This document shows, one piece after another, positions 1 to 15,842 of a DNA stretch of 64,000 bases. The notes beneath the pieces are model-generated. The model did not search any database. It was not told the DNA's origin and worked only from the letters and a program-made list of their open reading frames with translations. The DNA comes from Trichoplax adhaerens (Eukaryota > Animalia > Placozoa): NCBI RefSeq assembly GCF_000150275.1, contig NW_002060945.1, positions 6,135,246 to 6,199,245 of the forward strand, read 5' to 3'. Position 1 is the stretch's first letter; each line of letters begins with the position of its first letter. A program made the position numbers and the translations under genes.

Positions 1-57
1 ATCGTAAAGTATAGTTTTCGGGGTACAATATATTTTTACGTTTTTTAATAAAACTAG

Positions 58-2570
58 AAAAAGGAAGGAAAAGCGTTATTGGATATAATCATGAAGAAAT
101 GGCTGCCTGCTGGGGACACTTTGTTAAAGATGGCAAGTATTCATGTGCCTTCACCTGTTACTGCACAAAAATACCGCATGGAAATATTATATACAGGTCC
201 TCATGATGATCCTATTGCTCTTGATATAAAAAATTGCAATCCAAAGGTTAGATACAATAGTAACTTGATGGCATACCGGTATGTTTACCAACTAATAAAA
301 TTGGATTACGTTCATTTACAGGGACATTTATGTATGTATATTTCAAAGTTGGTACCTAAAAGCGATGGAAAACAGTTCTATGCCTTTGGTCGAGTCTTTT
401 CAGGCACAGTCGGTACTGGACAAAAGGTTCTAATCATGGGTCCTAATTTTGTACCTGGAAAAAAAGATGATTTACATCAAATAGAAATTCAAAAGTAATA
501 TTGAATATAATCATGTAGAAATCATGAGAATTTATTTTACTCAAGTAATATTGACTACTCAACGTTTTCGATATATTTAGAACTGTTTTGGTGATGGGTC
601 GTTGTATTGCATCAATTAAGAATGTACCATGTGGTAACATTGCTGGTCTTGTTGGAGTTGATCAGTTTTTAATGGAAACTGGAACGATCACTACGTACGA
701 TAAAGCTCATAATCTGAAGGTTAACTGATTTAGATTAATATTGCATAATTGGATAAAAGAATATCACATAAATAAATTTAAATATGATTATGATCGTAGA
801 TGATAAAGTTTTCTAAGTCGGCTGTTGTACGGATCGGTGTCGAACCAAAGGACCCCTCTAATTTGCCAAAACTTGTAGAAGGACTTAAACTTCTTGCAAA
901 ATCCGATCCTACGATTCAGGTAGTTTCTATTTTTATCCTGTAGGGCACCATTATAAGTTACTCTGGTTAAAATAATATATTCTGTATCATGATATTATGA
1001 TCGTGATTTTATTCTGGTTACTTTTTTAGTGCATTATTGAAGAAAACGGCGCTCATGTTGTCACTGGTAGTGGAGAATCGCATTTAGATACTAGCTTGAA
1101 AGAGTTAGAGAAGGACTATGCTGGCATTCCGATCAAAGTATAAAATTACCATTTAATTTTTATGATTGATTACGACTGCATTGCCAAAGCTGGTGTAATT
1201 TATGCCTTTATAGAAATCTGCTATAACAGTATCGTATAAGGAAACAGTTAGCAGCAAATCAAGTCAGACGTGTTTATCTAAATCTCCCAACAAACACAAT
1301 CGTCTCTTTATGACAGCGCAACCTTTCCCTGAAGGATTGGCTGAGGATGTTGAGAATGTAATTTAGCAGTTATATTAATCTATGGTGGTTGTTTTCGCTA
1401 ATTTTTTTAATATGTAATCGTATAGACGCGGATACGAGACGTAAATTCAATTCTCTACATTTATCTTGAGTGATGTATGTATTACTTATTTTATTTTTAT
1501 AGCGTAAAGTTACTCCAGAACAAGACTTCAAAGTTAGGGCTAGGTAGTTATTATGATATATGACTCTCTGCTATATAACTATGGTTGAAAAATGTTGACA
1601 TAGAGTATGTATCTTTAGATATCTAGCCGATACGTACAAATACGATGCCGGAGAAGCACGTAAGATTTGGTGTTTTGGTCCTGAAGCTAAAGGAGCCAAT
1701 TTTCTTATTGATACGTCAAAAGGTGTACAATACTTAAATGAAATTAAAGATAGTGTGGTTGTTGGTTTCCAATTGGCTACGAAAACGGTATACGCATACT
1801 TTGTAGTTCTGCTGTTGTAATATGACCAATAATCAATTCCTAATATCAATGATAATCACAAAATTTCTCGAAGGGCGTTTTGTGTGGAGAAAATGTTCGT
1901 GCTGTACGTTTTAACATCAATGATGTTACATTGCATGCTGATGCTGCTCACCGTGTTGGTGGTGAGATTATTCCAACGACTCGACGTTGTTTACATGCTT
2001 GTGTATTAACTGCTAAACCTCGTATTATGGAGCCTGTCTACTTGATAGAGATTCAGGTATAATTTCAATCTTACTGAAACGTATATGCTAATTGGGATGC
2101 CTCGTAATGAATCGTTTATTTGTACTGTCATGTAGTGTCCGCAAGATGCTACTGGTGGAGTCAGTTTAACTTTAAATAAGCGTCGTGGTAAAATATTGGA
2201 AGAAAATATAATTTCTAATACTCCGATGGTTGTAGCCAAGGCTTACCTACCTGTCAATGAATCATTTGGTGAGATGATAACAATGATATGATGAAGATAA
2301 AGTAACTGCGTAGTGTATAAAATTGGCAAGTTTATTTAAAATATTTTACTAAATAGTAGCGTGATGTTTTATTCAGGTTTTAAGGCCGATCTTTCATCAG
2401 CAACTCAAGGCAAGGCTTTTCTACAGTGCGTATTCGATCATTGGCAGATAATGCCTGATGATCCATTGGATGCAACATCCAAATCTGGCGTAATTGTAGC
2501 TTCAATAAGAAAGAGTAAGGGATTAACTGAAGGTGTACCCGCTTTGGATATGTATTTGGACAAACTATAA
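58..2570 (+). CDS. Diverged eukaryotic elongation factor 2 paralog, 3' part (5' exons lie upstream of the window)
   Basis: Eleven GT-AG exons: 58-246, 322-494, 581-719, 800-919, 1030-1137, 1214-1357, 1503-1543, 1619-1787, 1874-2056, 2136-2268, 2377-2570 (TAA). They splice in frame with no stop codons. eEF2 motifs: [55 protein letters not shown], terminal YLDKL. Each exon is the same length as its counterpart in the downstream EEF2. Confidence 0.93.
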
Positions 2571-5500
2571 CTTAAAGTATTTAAGTTACTAGCAATTCAT
2601 TAATTTTATTTACTTTAAGTGATCCTGCGATTGCTCGATATCAGTTCGATACGGCATTTTACAAACTTGCAATTTTTACATGTTGTAGTATATTTATGGT
2701 CATTGATAATTTATGGTGTGATACATATGTTATTCTACAATCTATGCTTGTGCCTAGTTTCTATTGTATAAGTATGGATTTGATTACTCGTGCTCATTTA
2801 CATTTCGTAATTCGATTCTTTGTTAGAAGTATGGTTATTAATATGCGTAGTGTAGTAATTTATCTGCAGTTGTGCAATCCTACATATGGTTAGAATGGTA
2901 AGCGATGCATATATGAAAGCCGTAGTTTTTCAATAAATAAAAAATTGAAAAATAGTGGTACACAACGCTAGGGGCCCTAAGCTATACTTCGTGCTATGTA
3001 TAGTACGACATTGTAGCTCGTATTAGCGTATCTTTCACACGCAGACATAAGGTGATATGATAATAGCGATGAGTAGCGTAAGAAATGCGAAGGCGATGCA
3101 TATATGAGAGTCAATAAATAGGCTAAGCTAACGTAATAAAGCAGTTCTTAATTAATTAATCTCTTAAGCTTGTGTCCGTCACTGTATTACTATTCGCAAG
3201 GGTTCTACAGTACTAGCCAGAGATATAACACTGTTAACAACTACATGGGAATTGCATAAATTTCGAAACGAAATTCGCTGAACTTGCATGGAAATATGCC
3301 AAGGTTGAATTGATTGACTGCATTTGCTTCTTTGTATACAGTATATGCGTATAAAAGCGACTCCTATCAATAGAGTTTATCTGCTCTCTTTCTCTTTATT
3401 GACTCCACCATAATCGTTGCACCCGCAATACGGTACATTACATCCATCTGTACAATAAATTGAAGGGTTGTGCATAAAATTTCAATTATTTACGTTATCA
3501 GTATAGATTGTGAATGAGTTACTGTACTCGAAGTTATTACTTGATAGCGAGAAAAAGGACTAATCTTTATCTTGACTTAAAATCAGTAAATAATCAAGCG
3601 GGTATTTCACTCATTGAAATGATTTTAATATGTCACAGTGACTGTATTTTTTAGGCGTAGGATTGAAACAGACGGAATTTATTAATAATAGAAGGTAAAG
3701 ATTGGCATTAGTGCAATATAGGTGAGTAGCCATATGACGATAGAGACAGTGAGGAGAAAGAGAGAGAGAGGATATGCACGTGCTCGTATATGTAAATAAG
3801 CGAAGGCAGTATTGTAATTGTTAAAATTAAAAGTGTTACATTTCAGGGATTTTGCAGAAATTTTTTAAATTTTTGATTTGACGATGTTATATTCTAGGAT
3901 AAGAGAAGCTGACGATGGGACACTTAGTTCGTTTTCTACCAGCATATACAGTACGTTTATCTGGTAATTTTAAATTTGAGTTCAATTTCTAATTAATGCT
4001 AAAGTAATAAAAAATATATGGTATTAACTAGATCATGTCCAAGTTGTTATTGTTGCTAACATAACTGAACAGAAATGCTTTTACCACTCATACGATGGTT
4101 ATTATACTATATGTTAGTAATCATATAAATACAATATGAGGCTATTTAATACCACTGTGCGCTTCATAAATTTTTGGTTGTTTAGTCTCATTAGGACAAA
4201 ATCGATCTTAAGGATGGCCGTAACATACTCGTATATTTATGACATATTGGCTATGATATTATATACTATCTGTACATCTATGATGTTAAATCTTTCGCTT
4301 TTAATACTATTTTAGTTTTTATCTTTTTTTAGATTAGCTAATAATTATAATAAACCTATAAATTTGTTTAACTAACATTTTAATTTGTTTTAATAGTAAT
4401 AGTGACGTAGTTACTTTGCGTGATATATTAGCACAGGACTGGTATAGTATGGACGTAATTGAGCTTTGAATTAGCATCTCCTTCTTGAGTGCTCATAAAC
4501 AATATTTTCTTATATTTTATTTTTTTCAAGGATCTTGTCCTATCTACTGACTGTATCTGTCTTCGATTACATAATTTGCGCTATACACAACAATTATCAA
4601 TGCTAGCATTCATAGCTACCGTATTGCTGACGGTTTAATTGTTTCGATCGGGAAAAATTTTAAACCTCCCGATTATAAATGTGCACAGTATTATTAACAT
4701 TATGATACACTGGTCATTAGCGCATGAATTTAGTACCAGATTTGCTATCATTAAAGTGATTTTTACTTTTTTTGCTCCTAGTGATCAACGGGTATTAAGG
4801 TTAAGAGCAGTGTCAAGTATTGCTTTGTACCTACTGTATGCCTTTTGAATTAGTCAGTGACTGCCATTATACTGTAGCTCAAGCCCTTTCTTTCTGTAAA
4901 TAAATAAATAACTAAATAAACGAATGTAGGATACGGTACTGACGGTAGTTTAGATATAGTTATAGATCTTCTATTACTAGCGATATACGTAATACGGCAT
5001 TGCGATGTGAGATAACTGTATATTATTGTAGGCGCTGTTTCTACCTATCACAGTACTGGTTGGGTTGTCAGTATAATAAGTTAAGACTAAAGGTATACGG
5101 CCTATGTTAGGCCTAAGTAGATCGGTAGCGACAAGCAGGTCATTATTTAAGGCAAGAACCGCATGTAAGGGAAGACAGATATTTAGCTATTCTTCTTCTC
5201 TGTAAGGGTTACGTGCCGCGAGGTACAATCGTCAATAAAAAACCCATTAATAAATATTGTAAATATACTGTACATCGGGGTACCTCTTGAAGCTAAGGTT
5301 ATCTATCTGTAATTAACCAGCTTGCACTGTTCTTATGATGGCCAGTACTCCTTCAAATAAAGTAAGACTATTTCTCTAATACTTATAATTAGTTCACTCT
5401 TTATTATGTACTCTAACATTTTTATTCCTCGGCTAGCTCATTACCCAATAGGTACATTACATACAGTATAGCACTACATTATCCTGTAGAATTGGGATGG

Positions 5501-5861
5501 CTGCTATTTTGCTGGCCATTTTAACTGACTAGTGTACTGTATAGTGTACAATGGTTCGACCGACCGTACGTGCAGCAGTGACTGATAGTTTGTATTCGAA
5601 ATTTCAAAGAAACAAAATTATTCAATACTGCAATGAAAAGTGATCAAAATATCAAGAGCCAATTGCTAAAGGTTTTACTGATGTATCTGCGTGCAATTTG
5701 AGTCCAATTTAAAGTACATTTCTTAAAAATTGAAAGATATCATTTATAGCAACACTATGGGTTTCAGGCTAAACAGCTTTTCAACAATTCAATCATTCTA
5801 CAGTACAGTGGTAGATAGTGTACAGTCAAGTCAAAGTACTGTACTAGGTAACCGAGTAAAC

Positions 5862-5936
5862 TACGGAATGGAACGGAACGCGGATGCGCACTTCAGCTTC
5901 TCGCGGAATGCGCCTGCGTAATTCGTTCATTCCGTA
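5862..5936. repeat. GC-rich imperfect inverted repeat (75-nt hairpin) upstream of EEF2
   Basis: TACGGAATGGAACGGA...TTCGTTCATTCCGTA outer arms enclose ACGCGG/CTGCGT and GCGCA/TGCGC pairs, with a TTCTC loop. Confidence 0.7.
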
Positions 5937-6206
5937 AAAGCGTGTAAAATATGGAACATGTACAGTACATTATACAGTAGTGAGTACAGTACTGTAAATT
6001 ATGCACTGTCATGGTAGTGTGTACAGTACAGTACTGTACAGTACATACTAGGCATACTGTACTGTACAATGTACTGTACTGTACAGTACACAGCCTGCGT
6101 GACTTTCTGTAAGGACTTGTGAACTGCTTTTAAAGAATGCCTTTTGGCATGCACACCGCGCTTAGTGTGATACCACAAGGGGTTGGATATAATTGAAAAT
6201 GAGATG

Positions 6207-6290
6207 TGACGTCAACGAGCGCCATCCCATGATTGGCTGCTATTTCTGTACAAATTTGGCTGCGACGATCTCGTTCTTCCTCTTTCATCA
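6207..6290 (+). promoter_or_regulatory. EEF2 core promoter: CRE, inverted CCAAT box, TCT/5'TOP initiator
   Basis: Perfect TGACGTCA at 6207-6214; ATTGG at 6232-6236 in GATTGGCTG context; pyrimidine tract TTCTTCCTCTTTC at 6274-6286, about 70 nt before the ATG. TCT/TOP starts are typical of animal translation-factor and ribosomal-protein genes. Confidence 0.65.
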
Positions 6291-6353
6291 GGCAACCATT
6301 CCAACGAAGGCGAGGATTTTGTCCGAAAGTAGATCTGCTGAAAATCTGTCACC

Positions 6354-11162
<4,809 letters not shown>

Positions 11163-11327
11163 CCTAAAGTACTGAGGCTACGTAATTAATTTTTTACTTA
11201 CTTTGAAATAGATGACACATGATAGATATTTCACTGCTGTCAGTAATCCTTATATGAGAATTAGGTACAATACTGTACACTATATGCAAAATGTATGAGT
11301 TTCAAAATGAATCTTGTAATGCTTGCA

Positions 11328-11337
11328 AATAAATAAA
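11328..11337 (+). terminator. Polyadenylation signal of EEF2
   Basis: Overlapping AATAAA hexamers about 170 nt after the stop codon, followed by T/GT-rich sequence. Confidence 0.55.
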
Positions 11338-11845
11338 ATATATTCCAAAATGGTCGTAAATAGTGATTGTATTTATTTCTTTAAGTATAAGTGATTCAAA
11401 TATAATCTATATTTACCCGTGTGAGAATATACTATCTTCATTCATTAACGCGCTAAGTGGATACTGGAGGTCCTTTTAACTTGGGATTTAGTAGTGGGTA
11501 GTGCCAATGTTGCGCAATATAAATATGGTATAATTAGTGAAAGAGCTATTTAATGTTCAACGGTGCGGTAATAATTGGTATTTGAATATCAACGAGATAT
11601 ATTAAATGCAGGGTTATGAAGCGAGCGTCTCGCTGTTTTGAAATTTGAAATGCAATTGCAACACGCTGTATTTACGAGTTTTGCACTAGATATGTGTTTC
11701 GCTCAATTCGTAGCTGACCAGAATAATAGTAGATGTACTGTACAGTACGTTAGTATACCATCAGTGTAAAATACAAAACATGAGTGAAGGAGACTATCTT
11801 AAACAACAGTTGAAATTTTTCGCACTTGATTTACAGTACTGTATT

Positions 11846-12465
11846 TTATGTTTTTCATACAGGAAGTCAGCGATAGAGAAAATTCGCAATATTGTTATCA
11901 ATACTGTGTAAGACTACCCTTTATGATGGTTGGTAGAACTGGGTCAAAAATGATCGCAGTACGCTTAATAGTACAATACTGTACAAAATTGACTGAAAAA
12001 TCAATACTCGTTGTTATGCTAGAATTTCATAGTGATCACGCAATCCGTATGGTTGGTTTTAGTGTTTTATTATTACCGTACTTCCACAGTACTATAACAA
12101 CGTATAGCGTGCAGTAGCGGATGTTTTGTCCAGAACTATAACTCTACCATGGATTTCACCGCACTAAAAATATTATAAAAGGTGCCTTTTAAAAAGAAAG
12201 TGATTCATGTCGAATGTAGCTATAGCATTGTATGGAGCACTGCCGTACGGTACTACAACTGTCTCTCTCTCTCTCTCTGTACAAGATTGATCCACGTTAG
12301 AAGGCTTGACATTTTTGTGTCGTGAGATGGGCGCTCCTGTGTCGCCTCTCTTTCCTCTTTATTTTTAGCAATCCCCTAGCAGTGTCCTTAAAAGTCAAGC
12401 CGAAACTGGACTTGAACCCCCCGATTGGGGATTAGGGTTAAGAATTTTTGTAGTCATACAGTGTT
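11846..12465 (-). ncRNA. Candidate telomerase RNA (TR/TERC), template/pseudoknot plus H/ACA type; both ends approximate
   Basis: Minus strand, 5' to 3': P1 5' arm CUGUAUGACUACAA (12461-12448); 7-nt linker; template UAACCCUAA (12440-12432); UUUC loop then P3 5' arm GGCUUGACUUUU (12401-12390); P3 3' arm CAAAAAUGUCAAGCC (12317-12303) with a bulged U; P1 3' arm UUGUAGU-AC-CGUACGG (12258-12243); P4-like helix AAGGCACCUUUUAU (12188-12175) with AUAAAGGGUAGUCUU (11924-11910); H box ACAGUA (11907-11902); weak 3' hairpin; ACA (11851-11849). Confidence 0.78.
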
Positions 12466-12477
12466 GGAATAGCAGCG

Positions 12478-12513
12478 ATTGGATTCATTTTAGGTTCGAA
12501 AATCAACCATTGG
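12478..12513. promoter_or_regulatory. Two CCAAT boxes between the candidate telomerase RNA and the coiled-coil gene (possible bidirectional promoter)
   Basis: ATTGG at 12478-12482 and 12509-12513, 31 bp apart (about 3 helical turns), immediately 5' of the TR candidate on the minus strand. Confidence 0.45.
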
Positions 12514-15500
12514 ATCGGGTTGGGGCTGTGCTTTCATTCCATTGAAGGGACTCTAGTCCCTGAGGGTACAGTACACGGTTCTTTGATGGTGTTTGACTTG
12601 TATTGAGTTGACTGGTGATGTACTGACGTACAGTACGGTTGAGGTGTTTTAGTGTACTGTAGTCAATGCAGCTTCACCTGTTTACACTATGACACTCGCT
12701 GGTAGTCTGTGACTTTCATTGACTGGTTGCAATTGCGCTACAATCCAATTGCCGTAGTTAGTACTACTGTCGACAGTACTGTATGCGTAGTACTCCTGTT
12801 GATACCGAGTGTCATCCGCTGTGACTGACGCCTGTTGCGTCGTCCGTCGTTGGAAATGTTCATAGTATCCAGTATAAAAAAATTGCATAGTCAAAGAGGA
12901 AAATCTTTCCACTCAATGTCCAACTCGATTGCAAAGTTGTTCAACATTCCATGCCACCAGTGAGGTAATCATGGATAGCTCTGCTATAAATTTATAATTT
13001 TAATCGACTACTGCATGAAAAAGATCGACTATACTCTACGTTGAATGACACTGTTCTTGATCAAAGCATTCATCATGAAATGATAGAGTAAAGACGCACC
13101 GTAGAAAGATTGTTTTGCACGGACATTTTTGAACATCTTCTTCACACCATTGCCATGACGATGACAAATGGTAGAGGTATATCGTTCTGCTTTATCCATC
13201 AGAATTACAAGATTGTCAAATAATGGTGAAATTGCCTAGGGTAATTAGCCAATTATCTTATGACTTTTTCCATTGCCACAATGACAGTTGATTACAACTC
13301 TATTAGTTTTTATCCTAAATCCATTTGACTTGATAGAATGAAATCATCGAGCGAGAGATGGCAACAATCGTCATTCAGTTGCCTATAGTAACTGTAATAG
13401 TGTACTACAAAACTTGTTATCGTAGGTAGTGTTGAAATTTTTTTTTCTATTCGCTAATTACTGCTAATTCTACTGCCTGAAAATACTATCCAATAGGTTG
13501 TCGTCTTTCTACATTTTTAGCCCTTGTCACAGTTGTATTCAAATACAATTTCCTATTTGGATTGGACACTATCAAATGATAGACAATTATTTGTTTAATT
13601 TGAGATTCCTGCTTGACATCACCCATGCAGTTGAACTTAACGTGAAGGGGAACGTTTTTTATCATTTTTTTTAGCTGTCCATTTTGAAGAAGAACTCTGA
13701 TAGTTCTACACTTCTACTATATCATTCTACTTCTTGATATTTCTCATGCTGTTGTAGTCAGATTCAAGATAGATTCTTCTATTGGTTTTAACACGACTTT
13801 TTTAATGAAATACATGTATTTTATTCATGTACGACATCATTGATGGTGTTGTACTCTACTCAATACAGGATATTTTCAACCATTATTTTGCAGTTGATTT
13901 TGACCACGTATTCAATCGGATTGTTCTTCATTCACGCTAATATGACTATTCATCCAACTTGATTATGCTATCGATGATAAAACGATATATCAATTAGAAA
14001 TGATTGCCAACTTATTTAGTATATTGATTGATGTTTTTCAAATAGCGACCACATGAACATCAACATATCGTCCTATTTTTGTTTATTCATATCTTCTTTT
14101 TCACCGCAGGGTTGCTAGTAAATGAATCATCGATTGGCTCAGTGAGAAAAGCTTCTAATTGATTACTATACCGAATTATCAGTGAAATTATAAAACATCC
14201 AAGTTGGCTTTCAAATGACTGACTAGGATCTTTTCGCTTATTGATCCCAAGGTAAGAATTGTGTAGTCATGATAGAGATGAGAAGTGGTTGTCATCATCT
14301 TATGATCATAAGTGATACAGTTTCAACTTGATGCGTGCTATCATAGGTCGAGTTTGTTCAATACTACTCTTGCCTACTACTGTATATCCTTCTCATGCTG
14401 TATATGAACACACCAGCATAAATGTACTCGTATTTATAGCGTATTTTATAACGGACATGGTTAACTTACAAACATGACATTGAAATTTCAAGTAGCTGAT
14501 CAAGAAAATCATCGATTGTCTTATTAATTGAACTAGGCTGTATCAATTCTATATCACATTCATAGACGAGTAGGTTTGTTAGGGTCTACGATCGATCAGA
14601 TCCAAGTAATTCCACTCAGAACGTAGTGAAATAGGTCAACGTTTCCTTTTTAAATACGCACATAGCATGTTGGAGTAATAACCTTGATCGTATATAATTA
14701 TTCATGAATTATTCCGCTATCGTTTATCGTTTATACTTATATTGTACGTACGCATATAGCAATTGAATCTCATTGAAGCTATGACAACTAGTTGTCTATG
14801 TGCGGCGTGGAAACGTCTTAAAAACCCAACTGAGCAGTACTGTATACTGGTCAAGTTTAATTATTCATGTAGTTCATTAACCTATCTAATTAAAACATGT
14901 GTCAATTTACACATTTTTAAATTTGTTGCTTTTATATTGATTATGTTGATCCAAATCGGGGACAGTAACATATATTCTTTTGACTACTCGCTTATGAGTT
15001 ATAACGCTATGAGTCATTTATGAGTCACTGATGAGACAGTTAAATTGACGGATTGCACATGGGACCTACAAAGCTTAAGTTATGTCGGTAGACTTGAAGT
15101 ATTTATTTTGGAACAGCTTCTTAGGTTGATTTTTGATCGGTTTTGCTATTATTCCATAACACAAAGCTTATGGTATGCATCTATTGGTGCCTTTACATTA
15201 TCGACATGTTTGTGCAATGGTAACATCGGATTTATAGTGATCCCTTGAATTAACCTTTTTATTTTTTTCACCAACCTGGCGCCTATCATCACTACGGCGT
15301 ACTATGTGTATACTATCAAGAGAGTCTAGCCCGTTCCTATGGTGTAGAGAAATATTCTAAATCCTTTTGATGAACAATCTCAAATGTTAAAACACTGTTA
15401 AACTTTGCCTACCATTGTCGAATTTTCTTTTTATAGAAACCTAAAAAAAGATTGATGATCGAAATGACATTCTTCGTTTGATAATAACAAGTAATACAAT

Positions 15501-15842
15501 AAGTTGGCATTCATTTCGATTTGGCATACATGTATTTATAATCAATAATTCTTTGACAGCCTATTGTTTTTCAAGTAAGCATCTTGCTTGTATTAACTTT
15601 ATTCTGATCAGATTGAAGATACTGTTAATAACACAATGTTATAATTAGTTTAATTCTACCATCATTAATTCCATTAGACGCCCGAGCTTGATTTTCGTAC
15701 TTTTCGATGTAATAGAATGTATCAATGGATAAGTGGGCTGCTATTGGGCTCATTATAATTATATAATTTTTTTTTTTTTTTCATCATGACTTCAAAAATG
15801 CTAATTGAATGAATAATTATGATGTCTTTATGTTGATTAGAT

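Noticed and set aside
11848-12117. 89-aa + strand ORF from the track
   Set aside because: No recognisable protein; it lies antisense to the structured 3' half of the TR candidate.
12443-12451. Sm-site-like AATTTTTGT suggesting a + strand snRNA
   Set aside because: No snRNA sequence hallmarks nearby, and the template and most G-U pairs point to the minus strand.
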